Assembly (NCBI RefSeq): GCF_001194135.2
Contig: NC_068997.1
Span: 10,703,195 to 10,767,194, forward strand
DNA from: Octopus bimaculoides
Taxonomy: Eukaryota
Length of the DNA: 64,000 bases
Direction: 5' to 3'
The notes beneath the pieces are model-generated. The model saw only the letters and a list, made by a program, of their open reading frames with translations, was not told the DNA's origin and ran no database searches. This document shows positions 14,225-27,989 of this stretch, piece after piece; the stretch's first letter is position 1, and each line of letters begins with the position of its first letter. The position numbers and the translations under genes are program-made.

Positions 14225-15075
14225 CAATGATACTGATGAATAACTCTTCCAGGGTAATTTTAAACCTTTTCTTTAGAGTTGAAGGTCTCTCTATACAATG
14301 AAACTTGAAGACGTGAAAATCTGAAGGTGCAATGACGGATGGATATGGAGGGTGCAGTAAAACTTCCCAGCCAAGCCCCAGTAATTTCTGCCGCGTCTGC
14401 AACGAAGGGTACAGTCTGGTATTGTGATAGATAAAGGGCAATGCCCGTATACCATCAGCAGCCCATAAAAGCTCATAAAAGAAAACGCTCATTAAATCCC
14501 AGCAAATTGAGAGCCTAACCATCTTTAGGTGAAGTCCTGCTTTGGAGGTTGTTTGTTGTAGTTCGCCGCACTTCTTCCATGATTGTTTGCTCTTTACATG
14601 GCTATAGACGATCCTTTTTTATTCTTTCCCTTTCATAATAATCTTCAAAACGGTGTCATTTTCGTCATATTCCAGCAAACGCTTGCAAACAGAAATCCAT
14701 TGGGTTAGTTTAGCCTCACTGAATTGATGTAGGGCCCAAACATCGAGCCTGATGACGTAACAAAGTTGATGCAGATGGTTTTCAACACTAGATTTGAATA
14801 TTTGGAGAATATCTGTAATCATCCATGTCATATAACGAGAGTTGGTATCGACTCACTCCTTCATTTTATCGCTGTTATTTCAATTAGCCAATCAGAGCGA
14901 GATGCATCTTGAACCGAAAAAATTTTCAAAACCACTTTTGGCACACACACGCTCCGTACCAGCATCCTCTCCGTACACAGCGCATATCTTCCTACAAGTT
15001 TTTCCATCGCTTTCTTGACGTTTTCAAAATAAAAAAAGACAAGTGGTGTCGTTAATATTCGTTTCGGTTCCTCAT
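14225..15075 (-). pseudogene. Mariner transposase pseudogene (frameshifted, internal stops)
   Basis: LDVWALHQF (about 14718-14742) matches the WVPHEL motif. LGWEVLLHPPYPSVIAPSDFHVF (motif core about 14307-14355) matches YSPDLAPSD. N-terminal HTH-like FFYFENVKKA...FSVQDASRSD; probable ATG at 15075. Confidence 0.85.
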
Positions 15076-15301
15076 TTTCAGGGTGATCCCAAACACACAA
15101 ATTGTAACCCGTCTCGTTGCAAGTTTGCGTCGAACTATGTTGAAGTACCAAGTATCTAATGAATGCGCATCTACAAGGGGCAGACTGAAGCTACTAACTT
15201 ATTAAAGTGCTTGCAGTTTAGTGTCGACAAAAATCGAACAGACTTTGAGCCAACCTAATCTTTGTAAAAACACTTTTTCTACTTATTTCATTATCTTTCA
15301 G

Positions 15302-15396
15302 ACCCCATAACAAACTCTTGAACAAACTCACTCGATAATTCGGTTTCGCGATTTAATATTCTTTTTTCACCTATGAGATAACTGACTATTTCAAAG
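15302..15396 (+). other. Candidate non-coding internal exon
   Basis: Acceptor TTATCTTTCAG (AG at 15300-15301) and consensus donor AAG|GTAAGT (15397). All three frames contain stops. Confidence 0.35.
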
Positions 15397-16845
15397 GTAA
15401 GTCTATGATTCCATCCAGTTTTCTCAGCCTTGTCATTCAGTACTCTTGTGAGTGGTTCAAGGAAATCAGAATCACGTTTAAATAATGTAAATGAGAAAAA
15501 TAAACCTCAGTATGCTGTACAGTACTATATTGAAGGAATTACAGAAAAAGAAGACTTATAAGTTGAATTGTATTTTCAATAAATAATCCAGAAAATTCAT
15601 GTAAAAGAAAACCTATCAAGTTGCTGTGTGATAAAATAAGTGGTTAGCTGAAGGTCAGTATTCAATGAACAAGCATAAAAATTTGCTGAATAAAAGGAAA
15701 GTAAGTACACACGCAATTCTATACATTATGTTTTCATATAAAAACAAATGCGCACATGTTCAATTTACTAAATTAACTTTGTAGTTGTCTTTTGCTTGTG
15801 TATTAACAAGATTTCATTCAAAGGAGAAAAAACATAAGACACAGTGACGTTAGATTCTAAACAAAATGGAGAGACGTTGCATTTGTAAATATTGAAGACG
15901 TGAGGGAAATCATGATCTGTGGCAAATTGCAAGAAACTTATTCAAATGCCGTTCAGAAAATTTGGGTTAATAAGTGGAATATCTTAGTTGAATAGAAACT
16001 GAATATAATTTAATATCAGGTAATACAAAACTAAACGAGCTCCTAGTACGCCCGTTTTGAGATATTATTCTCAAACACATGCTAAAATACACCAGCGTTG
16101 GGAAAAGTGATAAATTAATGTTGAATTGTTTTGTGTTATTACAAATTCATGTAAAGTGATATTTCTGGATATCTTTCAGTCGACACTGAGTATATATAAT
16201 GAATGAGAGGAAATTGATTCACTCAACGCTTAGCTTGAAATATTACTGAAGTAATACAAATAGGGTCGTGTCACTTCAAGAGGTGTCTGCTTTTATTGCT
16301 GGACAGATAAATGTAGCAGTAGATCTACTGGTTAGCACAGAGATCTCAGTGTATTGTAAGATATTAACTATATGTTAGATTCGTAACAATAATGTCATGA
16401 TTGAAAATCATGTTCAGTAATTTCTTAAAAAAAAACTAAAACAAAAAAGACGTAGTTTGCATCACTTCTGGTAAGCAATGAGATATAATTTACTATTTTA
16501 TGTTTCAATGTCTAAGACATGTTATTTAGAATAAGATTATAAATTTACAGATGAGTCGTCACCCACATCATATGAACGACGATGATGGGAACACGCTTAT
16601 CATAGAGAAAAACCAAGATCTCTAGCGTGGAAGGAATATATTCGTACCCCTAAAGGTTTCACTGATTTTAGGTGTGCTATCAATATTCATTTTCAAATAA
16701 TCTTTGGATGTTAAGACAAATATTTAAGCCACAACGTGACACCGATACTAGAACCCAGCTTAGGCATCTGCCTAAATATAGTACAAGGGGATCATTTATC
16801 GAAAGGCGAGGCAGGAACAGAGATCATAATTACTCTCTCTCTTCC

Positions 16846-16936
<91 letters not shown>

Positions 16937-19746
16937 CTATGTGTGTGTCTGTATTTATGATCATACTCTTCGAAGTAAAGGTTCCTTCTTCATAGTTAAT
17001 CAGTTTTTATTTGCATGTCCAGGAATATTAAATATCATTACGATTGGAGATGCAAACATTCGAAATGAGATATAGATATAAATGTTAGCAAAATATTTTG
17101 TCAGCAAATACGAGCTTAATAGCCTGTAAAGTGAAACTCGGAAATGTGTATTACGGCGTTATATCGCTACATTTCTCTTACTCTATTATTTGAAATGAAT
17201 AATATTAAGAGATAGCACAAAAGTTGCTACAAATCTGCTTAAGCAATGCGATTATTACATTCATTTAATCAAAAAGGTATTAAAAGACTGTTCCAATATA
17301 TTAATTTTGAGCAAAAAATGATCTTATTGTAAAACGTTTAAGTTTAAATATTATTAAAATGCATGCACAAAAAATTCATCGAAAATGTATAGAAGACCAA
17401 CATTCTGCGAACTATTTCAGGTGTATTTAATTGTAGAGGAATGATTAGAAATTGGCGGCCATTTCATCTAATATTTACGTTTGTTTATGGCACATAATGG
17501 TTACAACGAAGTACCGTCACTACTAGTATTATTATTCAGTAGTCTTATTTATATCACGTGCTTTCACTGCATTACCGGGAGCAGCTGTGTGTGCCTTGGG
17601 TATCTGCTGTGGTTTGTTGTATTGAAAGTGTTTTACGTAGGATGTGTGCGGTGCCTGGTAGTGCTATTTTCTGTATGTTATATATACTTGTTAGTCCTGT
17701 AATCTCTGCAGAGATTTATTTGCACATACTTCTAAATTTTTATTTCCAGGGGATAAAAGAAACAGGATATTCCGGTATTCATGATTTCCAATAGAACAAT
17801 GATATGTTAATGATATGTTAAGACGAACAGCCTCAACCGGAATTGAGGCTTATGCAGTGATTTCGACATATTTTAAAGAATTAGGAAGAGTGGAAACATT
17901 TCTGTCCTGATATGATTTGAACTCAGATGTAGAGTTGTCTACAATCTATCAATTATGTTGTAATGCTTACCTATAAAAGCTATCTGATGATCAATAGATA
18001 TTTCAAAGCAATTCAGAAATAATGTTTAAGAAAATCGCAGAACTTGTTTTAGCAAAGAAAAGTTCTGTATTTAAGGCGCAACATTTCAATACTTTAGTAT
18101 AGTCGTTTGTCGCAAGTTTGTTTCATTGATTCACTCATTTTTTAATCCAGTAATGTTCCAGCTGTTGTAATACCCAGTTTTTCTTAAACTCTATATAATA
18201 TCGGTTTTAGAAGATAAAGAAATAGGACGCATCGTCATATAAATCAATAAGCGCCGCAACAGATAAATATATTTTCATAATAGTTTCCTTGTTGCGGTAG
18301 ACTGTATTGTAGGACATGAGTTAAGCACTTAGCATGCCACGTAATTCTTCTCTTAGTTTGACACATTTTTACTACTGTTCACTTTCCTACTGCAAATGTT
18401 TCCCAGAGAGTTATATTGTTTATACCATTCTAGTTGGTTTTCACTATTATGCAAGAGATTTGCTTCTATCATATAATGGTAAATATAAAAATTAGCCAAT
18501 GGAGAGAAATGGTTGTATTGTCAGTTATTTTCATTTATCTATAATATGGTTAGTTATTGTATATGTAGTAATGTTGCCTATTATTAATTTTCTATCGATA
18601 AAATAAATTATCAGTAATATGCTAGTCGATTCAAATCAATCGGTGACACGACTATCGCTGTAGTGTATATTTAGTTCAGTGATAAATTATGGGGCCAAGA
18701 ATTTTTTCTTGAATTTGTTTAATTTTAGTGTAGTAGTTATTCGATAAAATATGCACGTATAACTTCGCTGGTCAGAAAATATACAACTAAATAATTTGCT
18801 GCTGCAGAGGACGAAAGCTCTGTAAAATTGACTGTTTCATTTATCTGGACGTCAGTTGAATATCCTACTGTGGGTACCAACGAGAGAAAGATGAATTAAA
18901 CCAGATACAGTATATAACGACGAAACTTTGGAAACAGTGGAAATATCCTCTATCTTTTCTGCTGAGTATTTGTGTAGGAGCATATCAATATGCGACGGTA
19001 GAAACTTTCACGTAAATGTTAGTCCAATAAATTACATTTTCTAATTTGTTTATATGTTGTTCTCTTCTCTTTTATCAGATAAACACATTTATCTGAAATA
19101 ATTTCAAAATCTCTAAAGAAGTGTTTCTTAACATATCTTAATTGTGTCTACATTATAAATCGTCTAAATCGGCGGCTAACCATTTAAAGACACAATAATC
19201 TAATAGAATTTCAATGTTGCTATTGTCAACTATACAGAATAAATTTGAAAGCATATAACATTTTGGAGAAGTCTCCAATATTCAGAAAGTATAATGGCAA
19301 TCTTTTCAAAACGTATTTCTTTAGAATTTTTAAACATAAAATGAGAAAGAAATTGTATGTTTTCAAAATTGTAGCAAAATTGTGTCTTCCGATTAATACG
19401 TGAATATAAAAGAAGGCAAACTCAACTGTTAACGTCTTTTCAGATCGTCAGTGCGTCCTTTTCCTTTGCTTTGTATTTTTTACTGTTTAACTTGCCAAAA
19501 TGTTAAGCTTGAGTCGTGCAACTTCTCTATTAAAGAACATTGAAAAGTCCAAAGCTAAATTTGTTTGATATTGATTTTACATAAACTTTGAATAAAATGT
19601 TTTTCAGATGTGCACTTATGGTAGCAATCATTGATTGCATCTCCTTTCTACATATTATTTTATTCTTCAGAAAATAGATTAAAGTTTTCCTTTTCCCCCT
19701 TTTCACTAAAGAGAATGGATCGGAAAATATTTCACATTTAATTTAA

Positions 19747-19788
<42 letters not shown>

Positions 19789-20607
19789 TAAATCTGAGAC
19801 ATCATCATCATCATCATACAAAATCATTATCAATATTAACTACAGCAATCAGAACAACGACATCATCATAAAACAACAATTGCAGGCAACAACTCCACGC
19901 GAACGACAGCTTCAATCACCATTAATTTCAGCCATTTCTTTTAGAGGCTCGTAATTAAATTAGTCTGTGGAAGTTTGATATGCTAAAATTGGAAATTATT
20001 GGATAAAGCTTTTGCAATAAACTTCAAATATAACACAATATATTAAAAATAAATAAATAAATTTTAAACGGAAAAAACGTAATAAAAATTAACCCCCCCC
20101 ACCCAAAATGTAGTAACATGATTTTAAAACCGTAAGACTGTCAACAATAGCAAATACAATGTCAAGATTTACGCACAAAGAAATACTAATTTCTTCGAAA
20201 TTGGAAAGTACCTATAAATGCAACATTCTTTAAAATGAATTTATTAATTCAAAGCCATCAATGATGACTAAAATTAAACGATACAGATTCAACTTCAAGA
20301 ACTAAGTTTAACAGATTTCCTGAAGTTACCAGTTGCAAGGATTTAACGTATTGCATAATGCCGAATTCGTTGTTTCCAGCTGTTCTGTACTATTATAATT
20401 CATTAATTTCGATCGAGCTTGTGCATGCTCTCCGTTGCATCTGTTCTTTTACAAAAACATTTTTCCACACGCTAAACATATCATATTACTACCTATTATT
20501 ATACAAAAGTGTGCCACGGAGCAAGGCTTAAAATACCAACAAATCAATAATTCAGAGAATCTTCAGTTCTCGGTTCTAATTGTTTCTCATTACTAATTAC
20601 AGCTATA

Positions 20608-20965
20608 AGGAGCGAGCTGGCAGAAGCGTCAGCGCATCGGACCAAATGTTAACGACATTTCTTCCTGTTCAAATTCTTCCGAGGTCAACTTTGTAATTCA
20701 TTGTTTTGGAGCCGATGAAATAAGTAGTGCCAAGTGAGTACTGGAATCGATATGATCAATTAGCACTCGTTTTCCAAATTTGATGGTTTTATACCAAAAT
20801 ACGAAACTACTATTTACACTGCTCTATGAATCCTCCTGCAGTCACCTTTGCAACTAAACCCTCCGGAGTAAATGAAATAAAGTCTCACTGAAGTGGTACA
20901 TTCGATTGTCTGGACTAACTCCAATCCCTTATAATTGCTGGCCTTGTGCCTAAATCAGAAACTCC
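20608..20965 (+). mobile_element. SINE family B copy plus a second degenerate 3' tail
   Basis: GCGAGCTGGCAGAAG...TTCAAATTCTTCCGAGGTCAAC, then a second body ending GCTGGCCTTGTGCCTAAATCAGAAAC. Confidence 0.6.
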
Positions 20966-22279
20966 TATATTGCTATATTCGCCAAGAAATAATATTTGAA
21001 CATCACACATTCTCATTACTTTGCTTAAACAAAGTTTACCAAAAACTGCAATCCAAAATTGTTGGACAATTTATATTTCGGAGTTAGGGGTCTTCCAGTT
21101 TTCTATCTTGAAAAGAACTACCATTAATGCAAATAATTTCACTTTCAATTACAAATGTAATTCCAATTAATTAAAAGTTATTTTTATTTAACTACATTGC
21201 ATATGTTAGTCTGAATTTGGTGGCTAAATGATCGACGGTGGAGAGGCTTCCAGATAACTTTAATTTTCTCTTTTCAATTGCTTATAAGATACATCAATTT
21301 TGCAAGATAACATTTATTAAAATAGAAATTTATTTTAGGTGACATAGAGATGTACAATAGTAGTTCCGTTGTACTTGTAACCTGGAAGGACAGTTAAGCA
21401 AACAACCTTACAAAAGAATAATTATTTGGAGGTTATATGTCTTTCTAAAACAATGAAACTATGTATGTTTAGGCCGTTGCTTTCTATTTCGACAACAAAA
21501 TAAAATTGCGCGCTTACATGTAACTCATATTAAACTAGTTGATTTTAGGGAAAGACAAATATATAAATTTATTTGTTTTCATGTTTCACTACTGATATTA
21601 ATTGCCTAACTGAGAAACGATATATTATCAATTAAAACCTTCATTTTCGCGAACATGTTTTCGCTAAGAAAATAAATCTAATTCATTGTGCTAAATAACA
21701 ACAGCGTTGTTATTTAGTATCATATCAGTTATGTCATCTAGTAAATTTAAAGACTTGCAGGCTTGAGCACATGTTTTTCCCCAATGATATGCAATTGCTT
21801 AATATAATGTCCTTCTTCCTTCTTCAGGAAATAGCGTGCGGATTTATAGAGTACAATATTCTAACTCAGGATGATTAGTTGTGAATTGGTGTAGATTTGG
21901 CTACTATTTCTCATAGACCGAGTGTCCGTTTTTGGTCATTATTCTGAAGTGTAGTGACACGCACTAGAAATGAAATGGAATGTCTTTAACTAAATCTATA
22001 ACATCAACTTTACGTAACATAATAATCAATGACATTGTCTACAACCAATGACACTTGAGACAATGCCATATACATTTTCATGATTGCAAAGGATTTAATT
22101 AAAGTCAATCAAATTATCTTCCTTCGTCACTTTCACAGTAACCACGATATATTTAATTACAGCTTTCATATTCTGAGCTTCATATTCAGAATTAATTACG
22201 TCATGTATATTCTGGGATCGATTTTGCTTTCCTTCATGCTATTATGGTCGATATGCAGAATCTAAGATTTTGAACGAGA

Positions 22280-22905
22280 AACGGCAAGGTGATTGACACT
22301 CGTCGCCATGAGTATAGTCATGAAAGCACGGATGTGCACAGCCCTGATCCAGTATATCGAAAGCTATCGCCACTTCATGCGATACATCATAGATGGGTTT
22401 TCGATCAACTTAGGTCGATAATGTGAAGTAGTGTTACTTATTGGCTGTCCTCAGTGCAGTCGGTTTTGGTCCCGTCTTCAGAGGCTGGATCGCTTCAATG
22501 ATCAGCGGTGTCTGCTTGGTCGTCAGAAAAAATGGCCACCTTTTAGAATCATTTGAAATGACACGATTGGTCCGACAACGTTGTCTTCTCTCATCTCATG
22601 TATTTACTGACGCTCCAACCTGTCTAGTAGAAGTTAAAGCCATTGAAACGCAATCAGCTCTAACTGGTTTGGTTAAGAGTCATGTCGATACGGAAATCGA
22701 GGGGCCTGACAACATTATAAAGGAATGCGAGGATATAGCAGGGTCAAAATTCAGTCAGGGAAAATTAGCAGGCTTGTGAGTGCATCTGAGAAGACAATTC
22801 CTAGCCTTCAAATAGCGTCAGGGGCAAGATACGTATAGCGCTGTTAAAGTTATGTGGTGTCCGCTTCGGTCCAGACATCCAAGTGGATAAGAACGGGGAC
22901 AAATG
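22280..22905 (+). pseudogene. Tx1/L1-clade LINE reverse transcriptase fragment
   Basis: HFMRYII...INL, then AVLSAVGFGPVFRGWIASM...VVRKNGHLLESFEMTRLVRQRCLLS (RT motif, cf. VRQGCPLSPLLY); stops and frameshifts. Confidence 0.75.
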
Positions 22906-23269
22906 TACACAAAAGTGATTAATCTTATCCAGAAATAAGTTGAGAGGAAGCTATTCTTTAAAGGTCAGCAGAGGGGATAAAAACATACGTAGCCTTCATT
23001 ATATGGTTACCATTGACCATTGTAATTTACCCCAGTTCACATCTGACCGGGATGGGTCAATGCTATTTAGTTTCTTGCGGAAGTGTTGGTCATATCCATT
23101 TTCCTTGGCCGTAGAGTAGTAAAAGTAAATATGGTTGGTGTGCTTCGTTTGGATAGCCCTAAGAACGAGTTTTATTTTTATGTACCATACATATATAGAT
23201 ACCTCTCTGTAGTTATATGCTGTAGCTGGCAGCAGAACAGGAGAACTCTCAGTTAACTGAAAAGTTGTT

Positions 23270-23560
23270 GCACTGTGGAGGACGAACCCAAGCATAGGGG
23301 ATCACATTAATAATTTTCAGTCCATGACTCTGTTAAACACAAATTACGAGATGTTGGCCACAATGTTTATTAGCAAAGTGGTTGGTTCTTGTAAACTCTG
23401 AAGTAATTTGTGTTACGCAAACATGCCCCATCCCGAAGAAATACATCTATAACAATCTCCTCCTCGTGCAATATATCATAAAGAAGATGAATAAGAAATA
23501 TGGTATGGCTGAGAATCTGATCAGTCTAGCTCAATCAAAAGCTTTTGACATTATACCAGG
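23270..23560 (+). pseudogene. Second Tx1/L1-clade RT fragment
   Basis: NFQSMTLLNTNYEMLA (cf. NFRPITLLNxDYKILA), then QTCPIP...YNNLLLVQYII...LISLAQSKAFD (QSKAFD at 23532-23549). Confidence 0.75.
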
Positions 23561-23639
23561 CAGCTGTACTCTCGGTGGGTGGCCGATTTCGGTTACGTCT
23601 TCTGCGATTGAATTGCCATAACACAGAGTGATATCTGAC

Positions 23640-24470
23640 AAATATACGATGCCTAATACACGATGTCTGATAAGGGTACACTAGATATATGAATCACGAC
23701 CATATGTGCATGACATGGTGACCCCATATCTAGATAAACAGGTAGTTAGAATTTCCTTATGGTCAGATGAGGGCTGTTTCCATGTGTGAAGTACTAAGGC
23801 CATATGAGCATGACGTGGTGACTTCATATCAAGATAAACAGCACAATACTTTACAGGTAGGGACTTGTTAGAATTTTCTTATGGTCAGGTAAAGGCTGTT
23901 TCCATGTGTGAAGTATTCAGACCCCCGGGTATGATGCTCCCCATCTACTCCTGTCATGGAGTAAAGATTGTTTGCCGACATAACATGGCAGTCCCCACTC
24001 GGCTCAAAACAATAACCCAGAAATCGCGAAACTGAGATATATTTTTGAGCTGAGTGGAGGTGCTAGATTTCCTTGTTCGAAAATATAAGGACACAGTTCG
24101 TGTCGTATAGCCAGCTGGAGGCGATGTCTTCTGGGGCTAAATTACAGCAGCATTCGTCTTAAAACCAGGACTACCATGTCATGTTGGCAAACAATCTTTA
24201 CTCCACAGTACTGTTGCTGAATATCTCTCGTTGTGAGATTTACAAATAGTAATTTCCTACTCTACTCCTGTCTTGATCAGAGATGCACACATCGTCAGCT
24301 ACTGAGGGACATGCTTAACTGGTTAAGATGAAGCAACCGATAAGCAATTTCGTGGTATCGAGAGCAGAATATTTGTTGTAGTTCATCTTTTAAAGCAAAA
24401 CAAGATATGTACACTTTCAATCAGTTAAATCAGAAACGGTGAGAGCCAATGTCTGGTATTGCATCAGTGT
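23640..24470 (+). repeat. Family D copy with an internal tandem duplication and a MITE-like insertion
   Basis: Units 23701-23800 and 23801-23922 are direct repeats. TCTACTCCTGTC occurs at both 23944-23955 and 24261-24272, flanking an insert. Confidence 0.65.
23957..24205. mobile_element. MITE-like element with 38-bp TIRs
   Basis: 23957-23994 versus the reverse complement of 24168-24205: 35/38 identical, first 20 nt perfect. No coding capacity. Confidence 0.7.
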
Positions 24471-24499
24471 TTTTATTTTACTGGCAAATTTATTCGAAC

Positions 24500-25330
24500 T
24501 TCAGACAGAATGCATGAATGCATGTGTTACGGTGCCTTACACTCTCCGTTTGAATCCGGCTAAAGTCAGTTTTACACTTCATCCCTCCGGATCAATAACA
24601 AAGTACCAATAAAATATTCGATCGATAATGTCGATCTCTCACTTACACCTTGTGACTTTGTTAGGAACAGTAAGGGTGGTGGATTGGAAATATTGTTACA
24701 GCGACGGACAAAATGCCTTACGTAATTTAGGACGGGTTTCTAAGTTTTGAGTTCAAATATCGTTTATTAGTTTTATTTCTTTTCAACCCTCCGAAGTCGA
24801 TCATATATTGGACTATGGTCAATGATATCAACTAAAGTAGTCGTAAAAATATCTGGCCTTGTGCTTATCTTGTAAGCTATTACCGTTATTACTATTGCTA
24901 AGGCGGCGAGCAAGCAGATTCGTCACCGCATCGGACATAATGCTTAGTGGTACTTCTTTCGGCTTTTTACTCATTGAGTTCAAATCTCGCTGAAGTTAAC
25001 ATTGCCTTTAATCTATTTGGGATCGATAAAATAAAGAACCACCCAAGTACTGAGATCGATGTAATTAATTAATTCCTTCTCACCAGGATTGCTGGCCTTG
25101 TACCAAAATATACTGCAATGATTATTACTTTTACTTCTCTGGATAAAAAAAAAAAGCATCATGCTGGTAGTAGTTATTCCAGTTCTTCGCGATTTGATTT
25201 CAAATCCTGCCAAAGCCAACATTGATTTAGATCTCTCTGGATTGGTTAAGATGTAATGACAGTTACATAATAGTGTCGATTTAATACTATAAACCCTTAC
25301 ATCTTAAGTCGTGCCTAAATTAGAAACATA
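24500..25330 (+). mobile_element. Cluster of four same-orientation degenerate family B SINE copies
   Basis: B-box-like GTTTGAATCC, GAGTTCAAAT, GAGTTCAAATC and GATTTCAAATCC recur at about 24550, 24750, 24980 and 25200, each followed by a family B body. Confidence 0.55.
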
Positions 25331-26584
25331 TCACAGTTAATATTAATATTAATAGCAACAGTATTAGTAATGCTGCTAGTAGTCTTAGCAATAAAAGTTG
25401 TATTAATTTTCTTTTTTTTTCTTTATCAACTTAATTTCCGCTGACAAAATCTCAGACCACTTCATTTCTCAATACCGGATATTACTTAAATGTATCGTAA
25501 TTTGTCGTATACTCTTGATAGATTTGTCACTATCAATATTTATTTGGAGAATGATTCTTCAAATATACTTTTCTATTTTCTTTCATTCTGTAGGTTATAC
25601 TTCAGACATATTTTATTATGTCTAGACAACGCTAGTCATGTTTTTCTACCTCTGCTAAATCCCCAAATACTATTCTTATTTTCATAATATTCTATAGTGT
25701 TTATTTTATAATTTCATTACATGCGTCATGTTGCATAGTTTCTGTGCTTATGACAATTAGAATATATCTTCACATTGCAACATCAAAATTGGCCATTGTT
25801 TAGATAGGTGAAAATTTACGATTATTGAATATAAAACCGTTACGTAGCATAATTAAATTTCCAACACCAGGATTGTACCGTAAATTATTTCGTTAGGTTG
25901 GCTTTAAGTCGGAAATTTATCAGTGAGTATATAACACTCCTATCGTTGGGAAATTTATTAATGATAGATGTTTATTTTATTGTTGTTTAGCTACATATTA
26001 ATCCACGTCAGGCAGACCATAAAATCAAAGACTTCATTATCTGATTATCTGCTATGAACATAAGTTTATAGCTTATGTTTATAGCAATGTATGACGATAT
26101 TATCCAATGTTTCCCTTCATTATTTAGTGCGATGTGTTGCATTAGAATTTTAGGTGTTTTCCCTTGGTCTATCAACTACGTAGGACATCACTTGTTGTTT
26201 GCATATGATAGTAAAAGTCATACGAATTCGTCTCCATGAGAATCAAATCGAGGACTCGCATGCTGGAGATCTTACCACTTGTCAAAATCGCTTCCCGAGT
26301 TTACCCGATTTGTTAATTTTAGACATGAAGATTAAATATAGAATGTTATGTGATGAAAACTGAAAATAGTGTCTGATTATTGAAGTATTAAACCGGAAGA
26401 ATGTTGGATGAGCAACATGAAGTTCGTATTTTAGAAATGAATCGATCATATATAGAAAATAGCATTTGCTGCACAAAGTAGGTTTAATTCATATACATTA
26501 ATTAATTTGATTTTAAAATTGTATATTGAAATTAGAGGAAATAGCATGGCTAGCTTCAAAGAAGAGTCCGCCAAATGTCCGAAT

Positions 26585-26696
26585 CCGCCCAATATCGTTG
26601 TGACATTCTTAGCTTTCCCATGGCGTCAAGCGATGAGACTGAACCTGGAACTATGTGGGTAGGAAGCAAGGTTTTTATCACAAAGCTACGCCTGAT
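26585..26696 (-). mobile_element. SINE family A head fragment
   Basis: GACTGAACCTGGAACTATGTGGGTAGGAAGCAAG is the reverse complement of the head. Confidence 0.6.
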
Positions 26697-27411
26697 CCTA
26701 TGTCAGCGTTTATTTTAAAAACTATAATGTCAGTAGTGGTAGCGTAGAATTTTCCAGTCATTTCGTTTTTAACTTCTTGCAGGATTTCGTACAATTTGGA
26801 TCTTTCTAATTTAATATTTCGTACTGGTCTGCAAAGAAGAGGAAGAAGAGATGTACAGTTAGAGTAGATTTTAGTATAGTGGGGTATAACAATATCAAAT
26901 TTATTTGTACAAAGGCCATTGTTGTAGATGTAGAAATAGGAAGCAGTATATTTGTGAGCTGGAGGCTATTGCCTTTTCATCAGTTGCTACTTTTTGAGGC
27001 ATATATATATACGCACATACCTACGTACGCACAAGCATACCTACCTACCTACCTACCTACCTACCTACCTACCTACCTACCTATCTACCTACCTACCTAC
27101 CTACCTACCTACCTACCATACACAAAGTATATTATATATATATATATATATNNNNNNNNNNNNNNNNNNNNNNNNNNNNNNNNNNNNNNNNNNNNNNNNN
27201 NNNNNNNNNNNNNNNNNNNNNNNNNNNNNNNNNNNNNNNNNNNNNNNNNNNNNNNNNNNNNNNNNNNNNNNNNNNNNNNNNNNNNNNNNNNNNNNNNNNN
27301 NNNNNNNNNNNNNNNNNNNNNNNNNNNNNNNNNNNNNNNNNNNNNNNNNNNNNNNNNNNNNNNNNNNNNNNNNNNNNNNNNNNNNNNNNNNNNNNNNNNN
27401 NNNNNNNNNNN

Positions 27412-27468
<57 letters not shown>

Positions 27469-27957
27469 GGCAAGGAGAGCGATTCAGAACAAAATGAGCC
27501 ATGGAGTGAATGATTGTGCATCCATAGTAAATTACTATAAACGTGATAGATTAGAAATCAAATTATTTGTGACAGATCCGGAGGGAAAATGTGTTGTGAA
27601 ATCTTAATTATATTATTAATTAGATTGAATGAGATTGATCGAGTATATATTTCTCTTAACGGAAAAAGCGGCCCAGAAGATAATGTAGAGTTGAATGTAT
27701 ACGGTTTCCTCATTTAGTTAATAAATTATATTCACCATAAATTGAAAGCGTACACCATCTTAAAAATAGAGAAAAACATGTTAAACATATAGAATGTTGT
27801 AGCACAGTTTACATGAAACAATGCAAAACAGCGTATTAGTTTTATTATGAAAAATTTTACATTTTAGTGATACGTTGTGTGAGCAACATATATCACACAA
27901 GGTTGGTAATTTAAGTGAGTGCTAAGAAGTCTAACATGACATTATTTGTCTGTCATG

Positions 27958-27989
<32 letters not shown>

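Larger units (their letters stand above)
14034..15259 (-). mobile_element. Mariner (Tc1/mariner) DNA transposon relic with both TIRs
   Basis: TIR-like ends GTTGGCCAAAAAGTCAGTTCACTTTTT (about 14040-14066) and AAAAATCGAACAGACTTTGAGCCAACCTAAT (15229-15259) are imperfect reverse complements. Total length is about 1.2 kb, with transposase motifs inside. Confidence 0.85.
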
